Source: a virus (Duplodnaviria; Heunggongvirae; Uroviricota; Caudoviricetes). From it: 64,000 nt of DNA. The stretch covers positions 19,467 through 83,466 of IMG/VR virus record IMGVR_UViG_3300010430_000005. The stretch is one strand, 5' to 3'. The translations under genes and the position numbers were made by a program. The notes beneath the pieces were generated by a model. It saw only the letters and a list, made by a program, of their open reading frames with translations. It searched no databases and was not told the DNA's origin. Positions 36,430-44,956 of the stretch are shown here, in pieces (position 1 is the first letter of the stretch; each line of letters starts with the position of its first letter).

Positions 36430-36799
36430 TGACATAATATTGTGGGTTGGCCTACCTGGTTCGGGCAAAACCTACAATGCCCAAAAATACTGTGATATTG
36501 TCATTGATGATATCACTGACCTTTCGCAGTTACCATCCTCAGAAGAAATTAAAGGAAAGCGATTGGGTATCGCAGATGTAAACTTCTGCGACAAGAAAAT
36601 TCTTCACAAAGCAATATCAAAAATCTTGGAAATTTATCCAAGCGCAATGATTGACATATATTATTTTGAAAATGACGTCGACAAATGTCGTGCTAATGTG
36701 TTATATCGTAATGATGGTAGAAATGTAGAAGGAACCATTCTAAGATTTGAAAAAATATACGAACCGCCTAAGTGGGCGGCTAAAATATGGAGTGAATAA
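36422..36799 (+). CDS. P-loop kinase (polynucleotide 5'-kinase-like, stand-alone)
   Basis: Walker A VGLPGSGKTY at the N-terminus. 125 aa. Sits directly upstream of an RNA ligase. Confidence 0.45.
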   Translation: MYSDIILWVGLPGSGKTYNAQKYCDIVIDDITDLSQLPSSEEIKGKRLGIADVNFCDKKILHKAISKILEIYPSAMIDIYYFENDVDKCRANVLYRNDGRNVEGTILRFEKIYEPPKWAAKIWSE

Positions 36800-36800
36800 A

Positions 36801-37853
36801 ATGCTACTAACACGCGACGAATTCAGAAATAAAGTTTTTGAACGAGATAACCATCGTTGCGTGATATGTGGCGCAACTGAAAGTGATACTGTCAAACTTG
36901 ATGCACATCACATCATTGAACGCCGTTTGTGGTTGGATGGTGGCTATTATGTTGATAATGGGGCAACTCTTTGCGATAAAGGCGAAGATGGTTGTCACAT
37001 GAAAACAGAAATCACAACATTGTCAGTTGACGATATTCGCATTGCTGCCAACATTCAAAAACCTATCATACCAGAAGATATGTATGCAGACCACGTTTAT
37101 GACAAATGGGGTAATATCATATTGGGCAATGGAACCAGAACTAAGGGTCCGTTGTTTGGAGACGAATCTGTTCAAAAGGTTTTGTCGAAACATCCAAACT
37201 TTGAAAGTTTGTTTGTTGACTATGTGAAATATCCGAGAACTTATCACCTTCCATGGTCATTGGGTATTACGGATGATGATCGTATTATGCGTGATTTGTC
37301 TAATTTCGAAGGTAAGCGTGTTATTGTTACACGTAAAATGGATGGCGAAAATTTCACAGGATATAATGACTATAGTCATGCACGTTCTGTGGATGGACGC
37401 CACCATTATACCAGAGATTGGGCAAAGAATTTTTGGATGCAGCGTTCTTATGAATTGCCAAAAGGATGGCGTGTATGCGCTGAAAATCTCTATGCAGTCC
37501 ATTCAATTCGGTATGATGATCTTGACAGTTATCTTATGGGGTTTTCGATTTGGAATGATAAAAACGAATGCCTGTCTTGGGATGAAACAGTAGAATGGTT
37601 TCAACTTCTAGACATTCCTAGCGTTCCAGTCTTGTATGACGGTATCTTTGATGAAGAAAAGATCAAATCTCTTTATGATGTAAAGGAAGATTATGATAAT
37701 CATGAAGGGTATGTTATGCGAACTGCGGATGGGTTCAACTATGGAAATTTTAAAAATTGTGTTGCTAAATTCGTAAGACCAAATCACGTGCAATCGCAAA
37801 AGCACTGGTTTTATGGGAGAAGCGACCATGATGTAAATGGGATGAAAGAATGA
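36801..37853 (+). CDS. HNH-motif domain fused to Rnl2-like ATP-dependent RNA ligase
   Basis: RBS ggagtgaataaaATG. N-terminal HNH motif CVICG...LDAHHIIERRLW...NGATLC...CH. Nucleotidyltransferase motif I VTRKMDGENFTGY (compare Rnl2 KIHGTNF). Confidence 0.5.
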   Translation: MLLTRDEFRNKVFERDNHRCVICGATESDTVKLDAHHIIERRLWLDGGYYVDNGATLCDKGEDGCHMKTEITTLSVDDIRIAANIQKPIIPEDMYADHVYDKWGNIILGNGTRTKGPLFGDESVQKVLSKHPNFESLFVDYVKYPRTYHLPWSLGITDDDRIMRDLSNFEGKRVIVTRKMDGENFTGYNDYSHARSVDGRHHYTRDWAKNFWMQRSYELPKGWRVCAENLYAVHSIRYDDLDSYLMGFSIWNDKNECLSWDETVEWFQLLDIPSVPVLYDGIFDEEKIKSLYDVKEDYDNHEGYVMRTADGFNYGNFKNCVAKFVRPNHVQSQKHWFYGRSDHDVNGMKE

Positions 37854-38122
37854 GTATACATTTCAATTTCGACATAACAAATCCGTTTGTAAAAAAACAC
37901 TGCGGCAAAACCATTTTTTTCTTTGAACCAAAAGTATCTAAAAACAAGGCAATCTGCTTCCAGTTCGATGGATTTGATTGGAAGCAGATATTTGAAATTG
38001 GTTTTTGGTGGAGAGATAAAACTATGGGTCATTGGGGTATGAGTATAGAATTCGGACTTTTAGGGTTTTGGTTCAACTTAGACTTTTATGATATCAGACA
38101 TGTAGAGGAAGATGATGAATAG
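37850..38122 (+). CDS. hypothetical protein
   Basis: 90-aa ORF with ATGA overlap. Confidence 0.35.
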   Translation: MSIHFNFDITNPFVKKHCGKTIFFFEPKVSKNKAICFQFDGFDWKQIFEIGFWWRDKTMGHWGMSIEFGLLGFWFNLDFYDIRHVEEDDE

Positions 38123-38627
38123 AAAATATCTTGTATTTTTGGACATTGACGGTGTTTTTACATCGTCAAGAGTCCATTATGCACATAATGCAGAATATGG
38201 TATGTGGCATAGGTTTGATCCTGTTGCGGTCGATTTTTTGAATCGTATCCATGACACTTATCCTGTTGAATTTGTTCTAATGTCAACATGGAAAAATAAT
38301 ATAAAATATGATCATAAAATGATCGAACATTGGGTTCGTTCTGCATTTGCTAATAGTGGGTTTCGTGGAATGATTGCCAAACCATGGAAGGCTGATCCGG
38401 ACGATTTTGCGGTAATGAAGCGTTGGGATAGGGCACATGAAGTCAAAGATTATCTAGAAAACTTCGGAGAAGATGTAAAAGACTTCATCTTGTTTGATGA
38501 TAACGCATATCGTTTCAAGGAAATTCTTGGTAAAGGTAGACTTGTTAGAACCGATCCAGACAATGGATTGCTACATAAACATATGCTAAATGCTATGTCT
38601 ATCATGGGAACTTGGGTGGAGAAATGA
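38112..38627 (+). CDS. HAD-superfamily phosphatase (DxDG motif; Pnk-phosphatase-like)
   Basis: N-terminal LVFLDIDGVFTS matches HAD motif I DxDx(T/V). Motif IV-like FDDNAYR. Confidence 0.5.
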   Translation: MMNRKYLVFLDIDGVFTSSRVHYAHNAEYGMWHRFDPVAVDFLNRIHDTYPVEFVLMSTWKNNIKYDHKMIEHWVRSAFANSGFRGMIAKPWKADPDDFAVMKRWDRAHEVKDYLENFGEDVKDFILFDDNAYRFKEILGKGRLVRTDPDNGLLHKHMLNAMSIMGTWVEK

Positions 38628-38718
38628 AATAGACTGTCGGATTTTGAACATATTCGCAGTATGGCCCATTGCGGGAACAAACTTTTACTTTCTGTCTACG
38701 CAAAAAAGGAGAAAAATA

Positions 38719-39018
38719 ATGAAAAAGTTCTTGACAGCAGTTGCTATTTGTGTTACTCTGCCAACAATCGCACTAACAGAAACAGTTTATTACCCACAAG
38801 AATCTTGTGCAGAAATTGTTTCTCAAGAATATTCTACTGGTGGCGGTAATACGTCTTGGCAATATCTGGAAATCCTGTGTAAAGACAAAGATGGTAAATA
38901 TACTGGTTTTGTCGCTAGTTGGGGTTCTGTTGCAGGGTTTCTTGGCGCTGGTCGTTGGGATATGGTCGATCGTTTCGATTATGTTCCGTACAAAGGAAAA
39001 ACTCTGAAAGTAGAGTAA
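38719..39018 (+). CDS. small secreted protein
   Basis: RBS aaaaggagaaaaataATG. N-terminal signal peptide KKFLTAVAICVTLPTIALT. Confidence 0.45.
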   Translation: MKKFLTAVAICVTLPTIALTETVYYPQESCAEIVSQEYSTGGGNTSWQYLEILCKDKDGKYTGFVASWGSVAGFLGAGRWDMVDRFDYVPYKGKTLKVE

Positions 39019-39025
39019 AAAGTTC

Positions 39026-39054
39026 TTGACAAGCACATATACATGTAGTATAGT
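39026..39054 (+). promoter_or_regulatory. sigma70 consensus promoter TTGACA-17-TATAGT driving the tRNA-like RNA
   Basis: -35 at 39026-39031 and -10 at 39049-39054. Predicted TSS around 39061, 7 nt before the acceptor-like stem. Confidence 0.6.
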
Positions 39055-39067
39055 GCTTAAATAGTTT

Positions 39068-39187
39068 CCCGCTGTGGTGTAACGGTTAGCACACGTGCAC
39101 AAAGTCAATCCTGCAAAGGATTGTTACAGCAACAAAATTGCATATCATTGGAAGATCGTGGTCTAGGTTCGATTCCTAGCGGCGGGA
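39068..39187 (+). ncRNA. tRNA-like non-coding RNA, ~120 nt, non-canonical (candidate Y RNA, or intron/insert-containing tRNA)
   Basis: Acceptor-like stem CCCGCTG/CGGCGGG (one G-U pair). D-arm GTGT-AACGGTTAGC-ACAC. Canonical T-arm CTAGG-TTCGATT-CCTAG. Discriminator A with no encoded CCA. About 67 nt lie between the D- and T-arms instead of about 22-40, containing the hairpin CAATCC-TGCAAA-GGATTG, so no standard anticodon arm could be drawn by hand. Confidence 0.5.
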
Positions 39188-39261
39188 CTGTTAATTGAAT
39201 ACCTAGGTTAGATTCGGCAGAGTCTAATTAAAACAAAACTAACCTGAAAGGAGAATATAAG

Positions 39262-40686
39262 ATGAACACTTTTTCTAACGCAGTTGCTAATATCAAATCA
39301 AAAGAAATCTCACGCACCGAAAACGGTATGAAAGCTTTTGCTACTTCCGATTCTAAAGTTCTTGACCTATTTGGTAAGATCGGTTCTGGTCGCGGTCGTG
39401 ATATGTCTCGCGAATTTATGGCAGCACTTGGTGAAGATCAAGAACTTGCGATTCGTGTTCTCCTATGGGCACGTGATGTTCGTGGTGGTGCGGGTGAACG
39501 CGAAACTTTCCGTTCGCTACTAAAGGCGCTAGAAAACGGCAATCCGACACTTGCTGGTAAAATCATGCACCTAATCCCGGTTCTGGGTCGTTGGGATGAT
39601 CTGTTCGTGTATGAGGATGCTATCAACCGTAAAGCAGCACTTCGCATGTATGCAGATGCTCTTACGGACGGAAATGGTCTAGCCGCAAAATGGGCACCGC
39701 GTGAAAAGTCAACCAAGAAAGAACGTGCAGCAATGCTACGCAAATTCATGGGTCTTTCACCTAAGGAATATCGTAAACTCCTAGTCTCGAATACGAATGT
39801 TGTGGAGACTCAAATGTGCGCGAAGGACTGGGGAGGTATCGACTTTTCGAAAGTTCCTTCTCTAGCGTCTGCACGTTATCAAAAGGCATTTGGTCGTAAT
39901 GCGAGCGAGCAATATGCAGCATACATTCGTGAACTCCAAAAGCCTCAGGCAGAGCGCAATCCGAAAGTTAAAATTAATGCTGGTGCAGTATACCCATATG
40001 ATATTGTGAAGTCTCTATCAAAAGGTAATGCTGCTGTTGCGGATGCACAATTCGAAGCACTCCCAAACTATGTAGGTGATTCTAAAATCCTACCAATGGT
40101 TGATGTTTCGGGTTCTATGTATACTCCACTTGCTGGAAATACCAATGCACTTGAAGTTGCTATCTCACTAGGTCTGTATCTTTCTGACCGCACCAGTTCT
40201 GATTTTAAGGACATGTTCCTTACTTTCTCTGGTGAGTCAAAGATCGAAACCCTAAAAGGTAGTCTGTCACAGAAGTATAACCAACTTCGTCGTGCGGAAT
40301 GGGGAATGAACACTAACCTACACTCTGCGTTTGAGGAAATTCTTCGAGTTGCAAAGGACGGCAATGTCTCGCAAGAGAACATGCCAGACACTGTTCTTAT
40401 CCTTAGTGATATGCAGTTTGATCGTTGCGTTCGTCACGATGACAATGCTCTTGGCATGATTAAACGCAAATATGCAGAAGCGGGATACACTATGCCTTCT
40501 GTTGTATTCTGGAACCTAACTGCACGTGCTGATAACACACCAGTTAAAACTAACGACAAAGGCGTTGCCCTTGTTTCGGGTTTTAGTCCAGCGATCATGG
40601 CAACGGTTCTTGGTGCGGATCCTACGGAATTTACACCATATGCAATGATGCTAAACACTATCATGAGCGACCGTTACAATTTTTAA
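39262..40686 (+). CDS. rsr: Ro60-like protein (TROVE domain + C-terminal vWA/MIDAS domain)
   Basis: RBS aaaggagaatataagATG. N-terminal TROVE-like region (LFGKIGSGRGRD...IRVLLWARDVRGGAGER...LIPVLGRWDDL). vWA MIDAS motif MVDVSGSM with a downstream Ser/Thr/Asp series. Same architecture as bacterial Rsr. Confidence 0.65.
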   Translation: MNTFSNAVANIKSKEISRTENGMKAFATSDSKVLDLFGKIGSGRGRDMSREFMAALGEDQELAIRVLLWARDVRGGAGERETFRSLLKALENGNPTLAGKIMHLIPVLGRWDDLFVYEDAINRKAALRMYADALTDGNGLAAKWAPREKSTKKERAAMLRKFMGLSPKEYRKLLVSNTNVVETQMCAKDWGGIDFSKVPSLASARYQKAFGRNASEQYAAYIRELQKPQAERNPKVKINAGAVYPYDIVKSLSKGNAAVADAQFEALPNYVGDSKILPMVDVSGSMYTPLAGNTNALEVAISLGLYLSDRTSSDFKDMFLTFSGESKIETLKGSLSQKYNQLRRAEWGMNTNLHSAFEEILRVAKDGNVSQENMPDTVLILSDMQFDRCVRHDDNALGMIKRKYAEAGYTMPSVVFWNLTARADNTPVKTNDKGVALVSGFSPAIMATVLGADPTEFTPYAMMLNTIMSDRYNF

Positions 40687-40688
40687 TA

Positions 40689-40712
40689 AAAGGGGCTCTA
40701 CGGCGCCCTTTT
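40689..40712 (+). terminator. probable rho-independent terminator
   Basis: AAAGGGGC-tctacg-GCGCCCTTTT directly after the rsr stop. Confidence 0.45.
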
Positions 40713-40753
40713 ACAATAAGGACTGATTCGTGAGAATTGAAAGGTAAAATGAT

Positions 40754-40957
40754 ATGAGCGAAAAATATGAAGTATGTACCATTGAAAGTGAACGTGGTTG
40801 GGGTCAGAAAAGAGAATATGACCTTTTTGATACTTATGAAGAAGCAAAAAAATATCGCGATCATATAAACAGTTTCAACAAACCTCTAGAAAAAGGCGAA
40901 ATTGCCCCTGATTGGTATATGATTGCAGAACAAGAAATACGAATAGTTGAAAATTGA
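40754..40957 (+). CDS. hypothetical protein
   Basis: 67-aa ORF with RBS gaaaggtaaaatgatATG. Confidence 0.4.
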   Translation: MSEKYEVCTIESERGWGQKREYDLFDTYEEAKKYRDHINSFNKPLEKGEIAPDWYMIAEQEIRIVEN

Positions 40958-40968
40958 TTAAAGAGGGG

Positions 40969-40997
40969 TTGACAATGCCTCTCTTTCGCTTTATGTT
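40969..40997 (+). promoter_or_regulatory. sigma70-like promoter TTGACA-17-TATGTT
   Basis: -35 at 40969-40974 and -10 at 40992-40997. Confidence 0.45.
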
Positions 40998-41025
40998 AAT
41001 ACTGTAGATGTAGATAGGTTATAGC

Positions 41026-41274
41026 ATGTATAATAGCGAAGCAGAAAAGAAAGAGCGTCGGAAACAAATGGTAGAATCCGCTCTTTCGGATTACCGAAAC
41101 AAAACCAATACAACAAACGCTGGAGTTAATATTTTGCGTTATTCGAATCAGGGTCTGATTAGAGTAAAAGAATTTGTTAGTCCAAACGAGTTTATGGATT
41201 GGTATCCCCGCCATCAAGGTTATGTAATTCTTCGTCTGGCAAAACTTGGTCTTTTAGTATATAACGACAACTGA
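41026..41274 (+). CDS. hypothetical protein
   Basis: 82-aa ORF. Confidence 0.4.
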   Translation: MYNSEAEKKERRKQMVESALSDYRNKTNTTNAGVNILRYSNQGLIRVKEFVSPNEFMDWYPRHQGYVILRLAKLGLLVYNDN

Positions 41275-41303
41275 CGATATGTGCTTGTATATTATGGACG
41301 CAA

Positions 41304-42428
41304 ATGAAAGGACATGTAATGTTCGTTGAAGCTTTAATGTTTATTGTTCCGGTTCTTGTGTGGCTATGCGTAGTAGTGCTGTATTTCCATTTCACCGTAA
41401 CATGGAAAGAGGCTCTGCTACAGGGCGGAATAACGGTATTAGTCATTACTTTGGTTTTTGGTGCTGGTAGCTATAGTGCAACACACGACGTTAAGTACGT
41501 CAATGGCGCCGTAACTTCTAAAAAGATTAAGCAACAGAGTTGTCCTTGGGGTTGGAACGACTACACTGACGGTTTCTGTACAGAGTATAGAACTCGTTCT
41601 GTTCCTGATGGCAAAACGTGCACGACAGATTCAAAGGGTCGCCGCTCGTGCCGTACCAAGTATAAGACGCAATATAACTACATCTATCCGTGGGAGCGAA
41701 AATATTATGTCTTTAGCGACATAGACAGGACTTTCACTATCAGTAGGGTAGACCCGCAAGGCGCTAACACACCGAGTCGTTACGATGAAGCTCAAAAAGG
41801 CGATCCGGTCGCGGCTACTGTTAATTACACCAATTACATCAAAGGAGCATCTGACAGTCTTTTTAACGAAAGCTTGGATGATCTCCCTCCTATTGCATAT
41901 CCTAGGGTAAAGGATTATTACAAAGCAAATAGATTTATTGTTTTTGGGTACAAATACTCTAACGATAGCTTTAAACTATGGAATAGTCGCCTAGCCGAAG
42001 TGAATCGAAATATTTCAAAAACAGGCGCGAACGCTATTATTGTGGTCACAGAGCAACCTAAACAGTTTGCAGATAAATTAGCAAAGGCCTGGGACGCACA
42101 TAATATCAATGATGTGGTTACTGTGATAGGCATGCAGGGAGACAAAGTATCTTGGGTAGATGTACGAAGCTGGAGCGACAATAGCATTACGAATTTGAAC
42201 ATTCGAGATGGTATTACCGAAGTAGGAGAGCTTGACGTCGACAAGATTATGTTTATAGTAGAAAATGCGATACGTGAAGGATACAAACTAAAGCCGATGG
42301 AAGACTTCGAATACCTCGCAGACGACATTAAACCTCCTATGTGGGTATATGTTTTTGGCATGATTGTACTGTTAATATGCACACCGTTGGCAACTTTGGC
42401 CCTACACAAATATGATATCTTTAAATGA
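41304..42428 (+). CDS. membrane protein (N- and C-terminal TM segments, large extracytoplasmic domain)
   Basis: N-terminal TM segments FVEALMFIVPVLVWLCVVVLYF. C-terminal TM segment WVYVFGMIVLLICTPLATLAL. Confidence 0.45.
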   Translation: MKGHVMFVEALMFIVPVLVWLCVVVLYFHFTVTWKEALLQGGITVLVITLVFGAGSYSATHDVKYVNGAVTSKKIKQQSCPWGWNDYTDGFCTEYRTRSVPDGKTCTTDSKGRRSCRTKYKTQYNYIYPWERKYYVFSDIDRTFTISRVDPQGANTPSRYDEAQKGDPVAATVNYTNYIKGASDSLFNESLDDLPPIAYPRVKDYYKANRFIVFGYKYSNDSFKLWNSRLAEVNRNISKTGANAIIVVTEQPKQFADKLAKAWDAHNINDVVTVIGMQGDKVSWVDVRSWSDNSITNLNIRDGITEVGELDVDKIMFIVENAIREGYKLKPMEDFEYLADDIKPPMWVYVFGMIVLLICTPLATLALHKYDIFK

Positions 42429-42438
42429 AGGAAAGAAA

Positions 42439-42990
42439 ATGAAAACACTAATCGCAGTTATTGCAGTTATCGTCGGAATCGTAGTTATCGGGTTCGCTAG
42501 TTATGTTAGTGCACACAACAGCGGCAATAGGCTCGAACAAACAATCAAAGCTACCTACGAAGATAACCAAAACGTTCTGGCGCAATATAGCAACAAGATT
42601 GCCGAAGCTGCCCAAATCCCAGCGATGCAACGAGACGACCTGAAAGAAGTTGTTACCGCTGCCCTTGGGTCTCGATATGGCGAAGAAGGTTCTAAGGCAA
42701 TGTTCCAATTCATCCAAGAACAAAACCCACAGATCGATAGTTCTGTTTACACTCAACTCCAGCGTATGGTTGAAGCTGGGCGCGATGACTTTAAGAACTC
42801 CCAGACTCGACTAATTGACCAAAAGCGAGTTTACGAAACAAAACTGGGTACTTTCTGGGGTGGTATGTGGATGCGAATTGCCGGTTATCCGAAGATCGAT
42901 CTGGACGACTACAAAATCGTGATCAATGACCGCACCGAGAAAGCATTCGAAACTGGCAAAGAAGAAGCCATTCAGATTAGGAAGCAGTGA
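42439..42990 (+). CDS. LemA-like signal-anchored protein
   Basis: RBS gaaggaaagaaaATG. N-terminal TM MKTLIAVIAVIVGIVVIGF followed by soluble LemA-like sequence (tentative). Confidence 0.4.
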   Translation: MKTLIAVIAVIVGIVVIGFASYVSAHNSGNRLEQTIKATYEDNQNVLAQYSNKIAEAAQIPAMQRDDLKEVVTAALGSRYGEEGSKAMFQFIQEQNPQIDSSVYTQLQRMVEAGRDDFKNSQTRLIDQKRVYETKLGTFWGGMWMRIAGYPKIDLDDYKIVINDRTEKAFETGKEEAIQIRKQ

Positions 42991-43331
42991 TGGAAGCTCA
43001 AGAACCAGCAACAGGTATTCTCAAACATGGCGACTTCGGTGATGTTAAGTTCTACTATATTCAATGTACTTGTGGGAGCGAAGATTGTTCCCACGACATT
43101 GAAGTAGAAGCTGGCGAGGTTGGTGTTAGTGTTTATATATATGTTACGCAACACACTAAATGGTGGGAAGCTAATCGTTGGAAGCAAATCTGGCAGATTC
43201 TCACAAAGGGATACGCAGAAATTAAGTCTACAATTGTAATGGACCAACAAACAGCATTTAACTACGCCAACGCGTTGACTTCTGCTGTAGAAGATGTTAA
43301 ACAGTTTCGTAACGATTCTAAGAGGAGGTGA
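42990..43331 (+). CDS. hypothetical protein
   Basis: 113-aa ORF. Confidence 0.4.
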   Translation: MEAQEPATGILKHGDFGDVKFYYIQCTCGSEDCSHDIEVEAGEVGVSVYIYVTQHTKWWEANRWKQIWQILTKGYAEIKSTIVMDQQTAFNYANALTSAVEDVKQFRNDSKRR

Positions 43332-43333
43332 AT

Positions 43334-43666
43334 ATGTTATATCCAGATAATTGGGTTGTTATTAAGATAAAAACTGAAGAAAATGGAATAATCTATAAAG
43401 TTTTAGCAGGCTGGTCCGGCGGATACACGCAGGGGTCGTCTTGGAAGTTGAATAGCGGCATTACTGGAGTATCACTCGAAGATGATCGGTATATCTTTAA
43501 AGGACATTCAGGTTCAATTTATAGCTGCCATAAAAATTCTTACGGTTTGCGTGTGAATAATGCTTATATTTGGAATCGGTTACAAGAACTTTGCAAAGAC
43601 AAAGTAGAAATGATGCCTGAAGATACAGACTGGTTGAATGTAGATTGGCTAGCGAATAAAGTATGA
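43334..43666 (+). CDS. hypothetical protein
   Basis: RBS agaggaggtgaatATG. Confidence 0.45.
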   Translation: MLYPDNWVVIKIKTEENGIIYKVLAGWSGGYTQGSSWKLNSGITGVSLEDDRYIFKGHSGSIYSCHKNSYGLRVNNAYIWNRLQELCKDKVEMMPEDTDWLNVDWLANKV

Positions 43667-43824
43667 AAGTAGAAATAGATAAAGCCGGTTTCATTCGAAT
43701 AACCGCCGAAACTATCGAAGAAGCATTTGCATTGAAATATGTAATGAAAGACCATAGAGGCGAATCTAAAGTTATTGTGGATTGCAGTATTTTAACAGAT
43801 AAAGATAATGACAAAATATATTAA
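43663..43824 (+). CDS. small hypothetical protein (53 aa)
   Basis: ATGA overlap with the upstream stop. Confidence 0.25.
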   Translation: MKVEIDKAGFIRITAETIEEAFALKYVMKDHRGESKVIVDCSILTDKDNDKIY

Positions 43825-43851
43825 TTGATGATGTAGAAAGGCACGGATAAA

Positions 43852-44109
43852 ATGAAAGTAAAAGAACTAATTGAAGTATTGAAAGAACTTGATCCAGAAA
43901 TGGAATGCATTATGCAAAAAGATAGTGAAGGTAATGGATATAGCCCGCTTTCTGGTGCTGATCCAGATGGGATTTATATTGCAGATTCAACTTGGAGTGG
44001 TGATGTATATGATTCCAATTGGAGTGCAAAAGATGCTGCTATGGATGAGGAAGAATGGAATGAAATTCTTGAAATGCCACGTGCATTGATTCTTTTTCCT
44101 AATAATTGA
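43852..44109 (+). CDS. acidic hypothetical protein
   Basis: 85-aa ORF. Confidence 0.4.
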   Translation: MKVKELIEVLKELDPEMECIMQKDSEGNGYSPLSGADPDGIYIADSTWSGDVYDSNWSAKDAAMDEEEWNEILEMPRALILFPNN

Positions 44110-44173
44110 ATCATAATATAGTTACTATTTCTCCGATAATATATGTCGACCCCTAAAATGAAGGAAACTAAAA

Positions 44174-44359
44174 ATGTTTGTATATAGTGGATTTGAAGCT
44201 GTTTTGATTTTTGTGATTGTTCTGTGCTTTGCGATTTTTGCGGGTGGTTCTTATTATGGAAAAATGGAACTCAAAAACGAAGCAGCTGAACGTGGGTATG
44301 CCACATATTGTTCGCACGATGGTTCGTGGGCATGGGAAGGTGAATGCCAAAATGAGTGA
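44174..44359 (+). CDS. small membrane protein
   Basis: RBS aaggaaactaaaaATG. One TM segment, AVLIFVIVLCFAIFAGG. Confidence 0.4.
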   Translation: MFVYSGFEAVLIFVIVLCFAIFAGGSYYGKMELKNEAAERGYATYCSHDGSWAWEGECQNE

Positions 44360-44669
44360 TATGGTTGAAATGTTAAACCGTGTTCTTTGGGAATACGAAG
44401 AAAACAGAAGACAGACTGGAAGAACAACCAGACTAGTAGAGCAAGCAAAGAAAACAAATTCTATAATTGTTTGCCATAATTGTAGTTGGGCATCTTATCT
44501 ACAAAAAGATTTTGGCGTAAAGGCGATTTCTCTTGACGCTTATCTTGATCCGTATTATCATCTCGGAAAGATGAAAAAAGAAAAGCATATATTTGATAGT
44601 CCAGCAGAAGTTGAACTTATCATGAGAAAATTGAAAGAAGCGAAAAGGATAATAGAAAATGGGCCGTAA
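44352..44669 (+). CDS. hypothetical protein
   Basis: ATGA overlap with the upstream stop. The track's longer start at 44217 overlaps the previous gene. Confidence 0.4.
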   Translation: MSDMVEMLNRVLWEYEENRRQTGRTTRLVEQAKKTNSIIVCHNCSWASYLQKDFGVKAISLDAYLDPYYHLGKMKKEKHIFDSPAEVELIMRKLKEAKRIIENGP

Positions 44670-44910
44670 ATACGAAGTAGAGTGGTTGACAGAACAACCA
44701 CATCTAACAGAAGATGAATATGTTACACTCGAAAAAGAGATTGATTATATTTCTGAGAGCATCGAAAAAGCAAGTGATCTTATTTTTCATACTGTCAATC
44801 TGACGGATGATCCTGATGTTCGTGTTATTATTATTGATAGCAAAGATGGGGTCGACAACACACTTTACTTAACGTATTATGACAAAATTGAACATGTGTG
44901 GGTGGCATAG
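44659..44910 (+). CDS. hypothetical protein
   Basis: 83-aa ORF. Confidence 0.4.
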   Translation: MGRKYEVEWLTEQPHLTEDEYVTLEKEIDYISESIEKASDLIFHTVNLTDDPDVRVIIIDSKDGVDNTLYLTYYDKIEHVWVA

Positions 44911-44956
44911 ATAGCAACACCCAAATTGAAAAGCAATATTGAAGGAGATTTATATT

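Noticed and set aside
36801-37030. Free-standing HNH homing endonuclease (mobile element)
   Set aside because: The HNH motif is in-frame and contiguous with the ligase domain, with no separate RBS or stop. It is annotated as a fusion rather than a mobile element.
39068-39187. Calling the element a standard tRNA with a named anticodon
   Set aside because: The length between D- and T-arms is about 67 nt, and no 5-bp/7-nt anticodon arm could be drawn by hand. Assigning an isotype would be invention.
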